Source of the DNA: Syntrophobacteraceae bacterium
GTDB taxonomy: Bacteria; Desulfobacterota; Syntrophobacteria; Syntrophobacterales; Syntrophobacteraceae
Reading direction: 5' to 3'
Length of the DNA stretch: 64,000 nucleotides
Assembly (NCBI GenBank): GCA_013314815.1
Contig: JABUEY010000002.1
Coordinates: 4,192-68,191 of the forward strand
This document shows positions 19,839-28,512 of the stretch, one piece after another (position 1 is the stretch's first letter; the number at the start of each line of letters is the position of its first letter). Position numbers and translations under genes: made by a program. The notes under the pieces were generated by a model. It made no database searches. It worked only from the letters and a program-made list of their open reading frames with translations, and was not told the origin of the DNA.

Positions 19839-22800
19839 ATGTCACAGCAAGGAAATAAAACAATGCGGAAAGCACAGAAGATCGGTGCAGTCACGGTCGT
19901 CGGGGGAGGGATCTCCGGAATCCAGAGTGCCCTGGATATCGCCAATTCAGGTTTCAAGGTGTACCTGGTGGAGGAGCAGCCAAGTGTGGGAGGGATCATG
20001 GCCAGGCTCGACAAGACCTTTCCCACCAACGACTGCTCGTCCTGCATGATGGGTCCCAAGCTGGTGGAACTGGCCAATCACCCCAATATCGAGATCCTGG
20101 CCTATTCGGAACTGCTCGATGTCAAGGGGGAGCCAGGACATTTTCAGGCGACCGTCAGGAAGAAGGCCCGGGCAGTGGATCCGGAGAAATGTGTCGGGTG
20201 CGGCATTTGTGCATCCAAGTGTCCGACGAAGGTGCCCGACCCGTTCAACGGCGGGTTGAGTGAGCGCAGGGCCATTTATGTGCCCTTCCCGCAGGCGGTG
20301 CCTCTTGTATATACCATAGATAAGGAGCATTGCCGGTATTTTACCAAGGGCAAGTGCCGCATCTGCGAGAAGCTCTGTAAGAACAAGGCAATCAGGTACG
20401 ACCAGGAAGACGAAATCGTCACGCTGGACACGGGAGCGGTCATCCTGGCCGGGGGGTTCGAACCTTTCGATGCGCGGCGCAAGGCGGAATACGGCTACGG
20501 GCTGTGGCCGAATGTAGTGACAAGCCTGGACTACGAAAGAATCCTGTCCGCAGCGGGTCCGTTCCAGGGGCACATCCAGCGGCTCTCGGACGGAAAGACT
20601 CCCGACAGGATCGCGTGGATTCAGTGCGTCGGGTCGAGAGACAGCAGCATCGGCCAGGATTACTGTTCGTCCGTGTGCTGCATGTACGCCACCAAGCAGG
20701 CGATGATCACCAAGGAACACGAAAGGCACATCGACACGACGATCTTTTTCATCGACATGCGTGCCCAGGGAAAAGGGTTCGACAGGTTTTACGAGCGGGC
20801 CCGGGACGAGTATGGAGTCCGGTACGTCAGGTCGATGATTTCGAGGGTCGTCCCTGTGCCCGAAACGGACCGGCTCCAGATCAGCTATGTCGAAGGCAGC
20901 CAATCGCCGAAGCAGGAGGAATTCGACATGGTTGTGCTGTCCGTGGGTCTGTGTGCTCATCCGTCGACCATAGGTCTAGCGGGCAGGCTGGGGATCGACG
21001 TGGATGCTCAGGGCTTCTGCGTTACGGATCCGCTGGATTTCGTGGCGACTTCGAGGCCGGGCATTTTCGTGAGCGGGGTTTTTCAGGGGCCCAAGGACAT
21101 TCCTGATTCGGTTCAACAAGGGAGCAGCGCGGCGGCGGCTTCCACTGCTCTGCTTTCCGAGGCGAGGGGTTCGCTCATACACGTGCCCCCCCGGCCCGAG
21201 GAGAAGGACGTCAAGGGTCAGAAGCCGCGCATCGGGGTCTTTGTCTGCCACTGCGGGATCAATATCGCGGGCGTCGTGAAGGTGGACGAGGTGGCGGAAT
21301 ATGCCATGACTCTGCCGGGGGTCGAATACGCATCGAACTGCATGTTTGCATGCTCGACGGATCAGCAGAAGGAGATCAAGCGGGTCATCGAGGAGAAGCA
21401 GTTGAACCGCATTGTCGTGGCTTCGTGCACGCCCAGGACTCATGAACCGCTGTTCCGCAATACTCTGCGGGAGGCGGGGCTGAATCCCTACCTGTTCGAA
21501 CTGGCCAACATCCGGGAACAGGATGCCTGGGTCCATCAGAACGAACCGGGTTCAGCAACGGAAAAAGCGAAAGACCTGGTGCGCATGGCCGTATCGCGAT
21601 CGAGCCTCCTGGAACCGCTCCACGATTTCTCCTACGAAGTGGTGCAGAGGGCGCTGGTGATCGGAGGAGGCCTGGCCGGCCTGACGGCGGCGCTTTCCAT
21701 TGCGGACCAGGGTTTTCCGGTAGTCCTCGTCGAAATGACGCCGGAACTGGGAGGCAACGCCAGGACGGTTTATTATGCCCAGGGAGGCGGAAAGCCTGCG
21801 GCCCACGTGGAAGAACTCATCGCCAGGGCGGAATCTCATCCCCTCATCACTGTTTATAAAGACGCTTACGTCATGTCCACCATGGGGAGCTGCGGCAATT
21901 TCAATACGATCCTGGCCTGGCAGGGCAAGCACGAGGAAATCCAGCACGGCGTGACCATCGTGGCGACGGGAGGCGAGGAATACAAGCCGGACGAATACCT
22001 GTACGGGCAGCATCCTCGAGTGATGACTCAACGGGAGTTCGAGTCGCTTCTCATCAATGACCCGGCTCGTGCCGCGACGTTCAAAAAGGTGACAATGATC
22101 CAGTGCGTGGGGTCCCGTGAGCCGGATAACCTCTACTGCAGCCGAATCTGTTGTACATCGGCCATGAAGAACAGCATCAAGCTGAAGGAAGTCAATCCCG
22201 GGGCGCAGGTTTCTGTGCTGTACCGCGATATCAGGACGTTCGGGCAGAGGGAAATGGCGTACCAGGAGGCCAGGAAGCGGGGGGTCCGGTTCTTCCGCTA
22301 CGAATGGGAGCGCAAGCCGGAGGTGAAAGCGGACGGCGACCGGCTCAATATTTCTATGTTCGACGCCAACCTGGAGCGCCAGGTCGATATGGATACGGAT
22401 CTGCTGGTGTTGAGCGCGGCCGTGCGTCCCCGGGCCGGCTGCAAGCAGCTTTCGGAAGTGCTGCGGCTGCCCCTGGACGAGGACGGGTTCTTCCTGGAAG
22501 CGCACCTCAAGCTGCGGCCTCTCGATTTTGCCACGGCTGGGTATTTCCTCTGCGGGCTGGCTCAGGGGCCGAAGTTTGCCAATGAAGCCATCGCCCAGGC
22601 TCGGGGAGCGGTGTCCAGGGCCATGACGATCCTGTCTCAGAAGGAGATCGTGGCCGAAGGGGTGGTGACCGAGGTCAATCCCGACCTGTGCAGGGCATGT
22701 GGAGAATGTGAACAAACGTGTCTTTTTGCGGCCATAAAGGTCACGGAAGTGGAAGGTGGACGGAAGCAAGCTGTTGTCACTCAGGCGCTTTGTACGGGAT

Positions 22801-22892
22801 GCGGTGCGTGCAATGCGGCCTGCCCGACGGGGGCGGCGTCGCTGGCCCATTTCCGTGACAAGCAGGTCAACGCGGTGATTCAGGCCCTATAA
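19839..22892 (+). CDS. hdrA: Long HdrA-like flavoprotein (two tandem HdrA-type halves, C-terminal 2x[4Fe-4S]); all-Cys version
   Basis: 1017 aa. FAD motifs VVGGGISGIQSA and VIGGGLAGLTAA. HdrA motif FPTNDCSSCMMGPKL. Several CxxCxxCxxxCP motifs. An alternative start exists at ATG 19863. Confidence 0.85.
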   Translation: MSQQGNKTMRKAQKIGAVTVVGGGISGIQSALDIANSGFKVYLVEEQPSVGGIMARLDKTFPTNDCSSCMMGPKLVELANHPNIEILAYSELLDVKGEPGHFQATVRKKARAVDPEKCVGCGICASKCPTKVPDPFNGGLSERRAIYVPFPQAVPLVYTIDKEHCRYFTKGKCRICEKLCKNKAIRYDQEDEIVTLDTGAVILAGGFEPFDARRKAEYGYGLWPNVVTSLDYERILSAAGPFQGHIQRLSDGKTPDRIAWIQCVGSRDSSIGQDYCSSVCCMYATKQAMITKEHERHIDTTIFFIDMRAQGKGFDRFYERARDEYGVRYVRSMISRVVPVPETDRLQISYVEGSQSPKQEEFDMVVLSVGLCAHPSTIGLAGRLGIDVDAQGFCVTDPLDFVATSRPGIFVSGVFQGPKDIPDSVQQGSSAAAASTALLSEARGSLIHVPPRPEEKDVKGQKPRIGVFVCHCGINIAGVVKVDEVAEYAMTLPGVEYASNCMFACSTDQQKEIKRVIEEKQLNRIVVASCTPRTHEPLFRNTLREAGLNPYLFELANIREQDAWVHQNEPGSATEKAKDLVRMAVSRSSLLEPLHDFSYEVVQRALVIGGGLAGLTAALSIADQGFPVVLVEMTPELGGNARTVYYAQGGGKPAAHVEELIARAESHPLITVYKDAYVMSTMGSCGNFNTILAWQGKHEEIQHGVTIVATGGEEYKPDEYLYGQHPRVMTQREFESLLINDPARAATFKKVTMIQCVGSREPDNLYCSRICCTSAMKNSIKLKEVNPGAQVSVLYRDIRTFGQREMAYQEARKRGVRFFRYEWERKPEVKADGDRLNISMFDANLERQVDMDTDLLVLSAAVRPRAGCKQLSEVLRLPLDEDGFFLEAHLKLRPLDFATAGYFLCGLAQGPKFANEAIAQARGAVSRAMTILSQKEIVAEGVVTEVNPDLCRACGECEQTCLFAAIKVTEVEGGRKQAVVTQALCTGCGACNAACPTGAASLAHFRDKQVNAVIQAL

Positions 22893-22901
22893 GGAATACC
22901 G

Positions 22902-23372
22902 ATGTCTGATACGTTCGAACCGAAGATCGTGGCTTTCTTGTGTAACTGGTGTGCGTATGCGGGAGCCGATCTGGCAGGGGTGGCGCGCATGCAGTACCCC
23001 ACCAACGTGAGGCTCATCCGCCTCATGTGCACCGGTAGAATCAACCATGCGTTTCTGCTCAACGCCTTCCGGGCCGGCGCCGACGGCGTGATGGTCTCCG
23101 GGTGACACATCGGAGACTGCCATTACCTGGGAGGTAATGAAAAGTGTAAGAAGGTGGTGGAGGAGACCTGGAAGGTCCTGAGGCTGCTCGGTGTAGACGA
23201 GCGGTACCTTCGCCTCAAGTGGATTTCCGCTTCGGAAGGGGCCATTTTTGCGGAGGAGATCCGATCCTTCACGCATCTGCTCAAGGAGATGGAAAGGAAT
23301 CCTCTGTCGGAGAAGGACCTCGATGCTTCCGGTGCAGTCGAAGAGGGGGCGCCACAGGCTTCCGCCGTGTAA
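22902..23372 (+). CDS. mvhD: MvhD-type (methyl-viologen-reducing hydrogenase delta subunit) protein with one in-frame UGA (Sec) at 23103-23105
   Basis: Track ORFs 22902..23105 and 23154..23372 are in the same frame with no other stop between them. The joined reading is ...[24 protein letters not shown].... The U falls exactly where MvhD has the conserved Cys of the GCHxGDCHY motif. A hairpin lies 15 nt downstream. Confidence 0.85.
23121..23139 (+). promoter_or_regulatory. SECIS-like hairpin after UGA 23103
   Basis: CATTACC-TGGGA-GGTAATG: a perfect 7-bp stem with a G/U-containing loop, starting 15 nt after the UGA. Confidence 0.5.
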
Positions 23373-23510
23373 TGGCCGCGGGAAACGGCCATGGCATCGG
23401 CAGGCGGTGTCCGTCATAAGGGGTTCGGTTCTGGCGGAAAAAGATCAGAAAAACCCGTTATGCGAAATGATCTGTGCTGCAGGCAGGTGAACTGAAAGCC
23501 AAACGCTTAC

Positions 23511-24641
23511 ATGGAACAGGCTATGAAACTGAGCAAGGAACAGATCGATTATTGCATGGAATGTGGAGTCTGCACGGGAAGCTGTCCCATCAGCCGGTTG
23601 ATTCCGACTTTCTCGCCCCGTCAGATGATCAAACGCGCCCTGATGGATCTGGACGAGACGGTGGTGAAGGGCAGGGAACTGTGGGCATGCCTGACGTGTG
23701 CTCGATGCAGTACCCGCTGTCCGGTTCAGATCGATTTTCCCGAGTTTGCCCGTATCTACCGTGGCAGGGCCAGGAAAGAAGGCAACCTGCCGCAGCTCAG
23801 CCACCACGGTACTCTGCAGGCCGTTACCGCCCTCCAGACGCGCCCCGTCAGGCAGAACAGGACGGAGTGGGCCAGGGAGACGGGCAAGTTTGCTTCCACG
23901 GGCGATTACTTTTTCTTCGTCGGATGTGCACCCTTCTTCGATGCGGCTATCAAGTTCGGGGACACGTCGATGGATACCGTCAAAAGCGTTCTGAAACTGG
24001 TCAACCGCATGGGGATCGAACCGGTGATCAGCGACGATGAATGCTGCTGCGGGCATGATGCGCTCTGGAGCGGTGATGAGGCGACCTTCCGCAAACTGGT
24101 GCGGAAGAATCTCGATGCCATCAGCGGATCCGGGGCGAAAACGGTGTTCTTCAGCTGCCCCGAAGGGTACGCTACATTTAAGCACCATGTACCGCAGTAT
24201 TTCGGCGAACTTCCCTTCGAAGTGCTCCATATCACGGAATTCCTGGCACGGGAACTGCCCGGATCGGGTGTGAAGTTCGCGCCGGCTTCCAATGGAGACG
24301 GAGTCGTCACCTACCAGGATCCGTGCAGGCTGGGTCGAAAAGCCGGGATTTACGAACCTCCGCGCGATCTTTTGAAGCTCGTTCCCGGCCTCCAGATCGA
24401 GGAGATGGGGCTCAACCGCGAAAATGCTGTGTGCTGCGGAACCAGTGCCTGGATGGAATGCTCCAACTGCTCCAAGACGATGCAAACGGAGAGGCTGCTG
24501 GAGGCTCTCGAGACAGGTGCAAAGACCCTCATAACAGCCTGTCCCAAGTGTCGCATCCACCTGACATGCGCTCAAAGCAACACCGATTTGCACATGGACG
24601 TAGCTGACCTTTATACCTTTATTTTGAACCGTATCGAATGA
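23511..24641 (+). CDS. HdrD-like Fe-S oxidoreductase (HdrC-type 2x[4Fe-4S] N-terminus fused to HdrB-type CCG domains)
   Basis: Cluster motifs [12 protein letters not shown] and [12 protein letters not shown], followed by ECCCGHD and [11 protein letters not shown] motifs. 376 aa. Confidence 0.8.
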   Translation: MEQAMKLSKEQIDYCMECGVCTGSCPISRLIPTFSPRQMIKRALMDLDETVVKGRELWACLTCARCSTRCPVQIDFPEFARIYRGRARKEGNLPQLSHHGTLQAVTALQTRPVRQNRTEWARETGKFASTGDYFFFVGCAPFFDAAIKFGDTSMDTVKSVLKLVNRMGIEPVISDDECCCGHDALWSGDEATFRKLVRKNLDAISGSGAKTVFFSCPEGYATFKHHVPQYFGELPFEVLHITEFLARELPGSGVKFAPASNGDGVVTYQDPCRLGRKAGIYEPPRDLLKLVPGLQIEEMGLNRENAVCCGTSAWMECSNCSKTMQTERLLEALETGAKTLITACPKCRIHLTCAQSNTDLHMDVADLYTFILNRIE

Positions 24642-26212
24642 CGGGTGATACAGTAACCCGGAAGGAGATCAGTGTCGTGAATCGGGATGTTCTAGTCATT
24701 GGAGGAGGCATAGCGGGCATCCAGGCGTCCCTGGACCTTGCCGAGATGGGGATCAAAGTGCACCTGGTGGAAAGGCTGCCCAGCATTGGCGGTAAGATGT
24801 CTCAGCTGGACAAGACCTTCCCCACCAATGACTGCGCCCTCTGAATCCTGGCTCCCAAGCTGATGGATGTCGGTCGACATCCCAATATCCGGCTTCTGGC
24901 GTACTCGGAAGTGGAAAAGGTCGAAGGGGAACTCGGGGATTTCAAGGTCACCGTTCGCAAGAAGGCCCGCTACGTGGATGAAAGCAAGTGCACGGGATGC
25001 GGAGCGTGTGCCGAAAAATGCCCGACGGCGATTTCCGATGAATACAACCTGGGCCTGGCCAATGCCAAGGCCATTTATCGGTATTTCGCGCAGGGCATTC
25101 CGTCCACGTACACCATCAACACCAACTTCTGTCGCAACTTTCAGGCGGGCAAGAAGTGTGGAGTATGCGCCAAGGTGTGCCAGGCCGGAGCCATCGACTA
25201 CAAGCAGCAGGACCAGGTTCTGGAAGTCGAGGCGGGAGCCGTAATCCTGGCCACGGGGTATGAACTGTTCGACGCCCGAAGAATCCCGGAATACGGGTAC
25301 GGGCGCCTGCCGAACGTGGTGACTGCTCTCGAGTTCGAACGGTTCCTGTCGGCCAGCGGACCGACTCACGGGCATGTGTACCGGCCGACGGACCTGGCCC
25401 TGAAGGAGTCGCTGCCCGAACTCGAGAAGTCCCGGCAGAAGGCCTTCAAGGCTCTGGAGAAGTTCGAAAAGCAGTTCGAGAAGACCTCGGACGAGTTCTA
25501 CCCCCTCTATGAAGCGGGGGAGCTCAAAGGGGAGGACTACGAGAAGTGGGCTGAACAGGTCAGGGCATTCCGGGACCTCGACGGCGAAGTCCAGGCCAGG
25601 AAGGAAAAGGTGGCTTCTCTCGAATCCGCTCACCGGCTGGCCTTCATACAGTGCGTGGGATCGAGGGACATCAGGTTCAACCGCTACTGTTCCGGCTTCT
25701 GCTGCATGCATGCCATCAAGGAAGCGATCATAGCCCGGGAGCACGATCCGCAGGCGCAGGTTTATATTATCGGCATGGATATACGGGCTGTGGGCAAGGG
25801 GTTCGAGGAGTACCGGAACAGGGGCGCGAAGGAATCCCACATCGAGTATGTCCGGAGCCGTGTGGCGGAGATCACGGAGGATAAGGATCATTCCCCGGTG
25901 ATCTGGTATGAAGACACCAAGGAGAGGGTGGTCAAGAGCCTGCCCGTGGACCTGGTCATCCTGTCCACGGCCTGTGAACCGAGTCCTGCCACGAGGATTC
26001 TGGCAGACATCATAGGTTTGGAAGTCAACGACTTCGGCTTTTACGCCACGGATCCCTCCCAGCCTCTGGATACATCACGCCCGGGCATCTTCGTGTGCGG
26101 GTGTGCTCAAAGTCCCATGGATATTCCGGAATCAGTGGCTCAGGCCAGCAGCGCCGCCGCCCGGGCGGCCCAGGTTCTGTCAGGTTCCGGGACGCTGCGT
26201 CTCGCATCCTGA
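24638..26212 (+). CDS. hdrA: HdrA-like flavoprotein (N-terminal-half paralog) with in-frame UGA (Sec) at 24842-24844
   Basis: Track ORFs 24638..24844 and 24863..26212 share a frame. The joined reading [24 protein letters not shown] aligns residue-for-residue with FPTNDCSS-C-MMGPKLVELANHPNI of the upstream paralog. The ATG overlaps the previous stop (ATGA). Confidence 0.85.
24865..24882 (+). promoter_or_regulatory. SECIS-like hairpin after UGA 24842
   Basis: GGATGTC-GGTC-GACATCC: 7 bp plus a GGUC tetraloop (8 bp if the loop is closed further), starting 20 nt after the UGA. Confidence 0.45.
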
Positions 26213-26226
26213 AGGAGAACAGTTGA

Positions 26227-27924
26227 ATGAGCGGACATGCCATGAAGAAAGGTAATGCAGACGCGCAGGAGACGAGAATAGGCGTATTCATCTGTCACTG
26301 CGGTTCGAACATCGCCGGCTACCTGGATTGCGAGGCGGTGACCAAGTATGCGACGACCCTCCCCGGCGTGGTGTACGCCAAGAACAACCTGTACACCTGT
26401 TCCGAAGCGGGTATCGGAGAAATCAAGTCGGCCATCGCGGAGCATAAGCTCAACCGAGTCGTGGTGGCTTCCTGTTCTCCCCGCACTCACATGCCCCTGT
26501 TCAAGAGTGCGTGTGGGGAAGCGGGCCTGAATCCTTACCTGTTCGAGATGGTGAACATCAGGGACCAGTGTTCCTGGGTTCATATGCAGGAGAGGGAGGA
26601 AGCGACCGGAAAAGCCATGGACCTGGTTCGCATGGGGGTGGCCAAGGCGACCTTCCTCGAACCCCAGGAAGACATCGAGTCTTCGCTGGTTCGCAGGGCG
26701 GTGGTGATCGGAGGAGGCATGGCCGGACTCTCCGCCGCCGAAGCCCTGGGTGACATGGGGATGGAGGTGATCCTGGTGGAGAGGGAGCCCCGGTTGGGCG
26801 GCCTGCTCAGGCGGATCAACCGCATCGCTCCGCGGGGAGGTTCGGCGGCGGAGCTTATCGAGGAGCGGATATCCAGGGTTCAGTCCAGGGACAACATCAA
26901 GATCTGCCTCGAATCGGAAGTCACCGCCGTCGGCGGCTACATCGGCAACTATGAAGTGACCGTGCGCGATCGTGCAGGGCAGGAAAGCCAGGAGACGGTC
27001 GGCTGCATCGTGGTGGCGACGGGGGGAGTCCCCCTCGTGCCCGAGGGTCTGTTCGGCTACAACGGCAGGAACGTGATCACTCAGATCGAGCTGGAGGAGA
27101 GGCTCAAAAGCGGCCCTCTGGACGCCACACGAGTGGTGATGATCCAGTGCGCGGGAGCCAGGTCCGCCGAACGGCCCTATTGTTCCAGGATCTGCTGTCT
27201 TACAGCCGTAAAGAACGCCATTTACATCAAGGAGCAGAATCCCGAGGCGGATGTGCATATCCTTTACCGGGACATCCAGATGTACGGAGCCGAGAACGAA
27301 AGGCTGCTGTGGGAGTCCAGGGGAATGGGAGTGCGATACGATGTTTACAACGTCGAGCGTCCCCCCGTTGTGAAAGAGGATGTGGTGGAGTTCTACCAGC
27401 CGCTGATGGGGCAAGTCTACGATCTGCCCTACGACCTGGTGGTTCTGTCCACGCCCGTGGTGGCCAGGGAAGACGCTCCGGCCATTTCGCAGCTTATGCG
27501 CATCCCCATAGACCAGAACAACTTCTTCCTGGAAGCGCATGCAAAGCTTCGTCCTCTCGATTTTGCCACGGACGGCATCTTTCTGTGCGGATCGGCGCGA
27601 TATCCCGCCACGGTGGGGGAAGCTCGCGCCCAGGGGCTTGGAGCCGCATCGAGGGCGGGGACGGTCCTTTTCAAGGACAAGCTCGTTACCAGCGCCCTGG
27701 TGGCGGCCATCAACCCCGAGACCTGCGTGGGCTGCCAGGGATGCCTGATGGTTTGTCCGTACGGAGCCATCCGGTTCGATACGCAGAGAGGTGTATGTGA
27801 AGTCAACACCATTTTGTGCAAGGGCTGTGGCAACTGCGCATCCACCTGTCCTTCTCAGAGTGTTGTTTTGAAGGGATTTTCACCCAAGCAGCTTCTGTCT
27901 CAGATACGGGTCATGCTGAGCTGA
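26227..27924 (+). CDS. HdrA-like protein corresponding to the C-terminal half of the 1017-aa paralog (FAD domain + 2x[4Fe-4S])
   Basis: RIGVFICHCGSNIAG...LNRVVVASCSPRTH...VIGGGMAGLSAA...CVGCQGCLMVCP/CKGCGNCASTCP is collinear with residues ~470-1017 of ORF 19839..22892. A GAAGGAG SD lies 7 nt upstream. Confidence 0.8.
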   Translation: MSGHAMKKGNADAQETRIGVFICHCGSNIAGYLDCEAVTKYATTLPGVVYAKNNLYTCSEAGIGEIKSAIAEHKLNRVVVASCSPRTHMPLFKSACGEAGLNPYLFEMVNIRDQCSWVHMQEREEATGKAMDLVRMGVAKATFLEPQEDIESSLVRRAVVIGGGMAGLSAAEALGDMGMEVILVEREPRLGGLLRRINRIAPRGGSAAELIEERISRVQSRDNIKICLESEVTAVGGYIGNYEVTVRDRAGQESQETVGCIVVATGGVPLVPEGLFGYNGRNVITQIELEERLKSGPLDATRVVMIQCAGARSAERPYCSRICCLTAVKNAIYIKEQNPEADVHILYRDIQMYGAENERLLWESRGMGVRYDVYNVERPPVVKEDVVEFYQPLMGQVYDLPYDLVVLSTPVVAREDAPAISQLMRIPIDQNNFFLEAHAKLRPLDFATDGIFLCGSARYPATVGEARAQGLGAASRAGTVLFKDKLVTSALVAAINPETCVGCQGCLMVCPYGAIRFDTQRGVCEVNTILCKGCGNCASTCPSQSVVLKGFSPKQLLSQIRVMLS

Positions 27925-27960
27925 TGTGAGAGAACCATTTTACCCGAGAAAGGAATTTGC

Positions 27961-28401
27961 ATGAGCGACGACGGGTTCGAACCGAAGGTGCTGTGCTTCC
28001 TCTGCACGTGGTGAGCATACGCCGCTGCTGACCTGGCTGGGGTCAGTCGTATTCAGTATCCGACCAATGTTCGGATCATCAGGGTGATGTGTTCCGCCGG
28101 TGTGTCGCCTCATCACATACTCCGCGCCTTCCAGCAGGGGGTCGACGGAATCTTTGTGGGTGGATGACGCCTCGGTGACTGCCATTACCTGTATGGTAAT
28201 TACTCGACCAAGAAGCGCGTTCAGTTTTTGAGGCAGTTATTGAGTTTCAGCGGAATCGAGGAGGAAAGGCTGAGATCCAGGTGGGTATCCTCGGCCGAGG
28301 CTCCCGAGTTTGCGGCTGAAATCAAGGAATTCATCGAAGAACTGCGAGCCATGGGACCGTCTCCTTTGAAGGCTCGGGGCAAGACCGGCAAAGCCGCCTG
28401 A
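27961..28401 (+). CDS. mvhD: Second MvhD-type protein with two in-frame UGA (Sec) codons at 28012-28014 and 28165-28167
   Basis: Not in the ORF track at all. My translation is MSDDGFEPKVLCFLCTW-U-AYAAADLAGVSRIQYPTNVRIIRVMCSAGVSPHHILRAFQQGVDGIFVGG-U-RLGDCHYLYGNYSTKKRVQFLRQLLSFSGIEEERLRSRWVSSAEAPEFAAEIKEFIEELRAMGPSPLKARGKTGKAA. It is collinear with the first mvhD ([15 protein letters not shown]; VSG-U-HIGDCHY). AAAGGAA SD upstream. The 441 nt have no other stops. Confidence 0.8.
28028..28046 (+). promoter_or_regulatory. SECIS-like hairpin after UGA 28012
   Basis: CTGACC-TGGCTGG-GGTCAG: a 6-bp perfect stem starting 13 nt after the UGA. Confidence 0.4.
28184..28200 (+). promoter_or_regulatory. 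SECIS-like hairpin after UGA 28165
   Basis: ATTACC-TGTAT-GGTAAT: a 6-bp stem starting 16 nt after the UGA. It is positionally equivalent to the hairpin at 23121. Confidence 0.45.
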
Positions 28402-28512
28402 GAATGCTCGGGCGGGAGGAGCCTCGACCGGAGGGAGGCCGCCCGGCCTTCGATGCCCGGTGTACGCAGATGTTGGACACTGTTGCTTTCAGGAAAAATA
28501 TAAAGGCAGACG

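Noticed and set aside
22902-28401. Alternative reading: the UGA-interrupted hdrA/mvhD genes are pseudogenes.
   Set aside because: Homology continues in frame and undecayed after every UGA. Each UGA sits on a conserved Cys column of a paralog in the same locus. Each is followed by a stem-loop. HdrA and MvhD are known selenoprotein families. The Sec machinery genes are not in this window, so the reading remains formally unproven.
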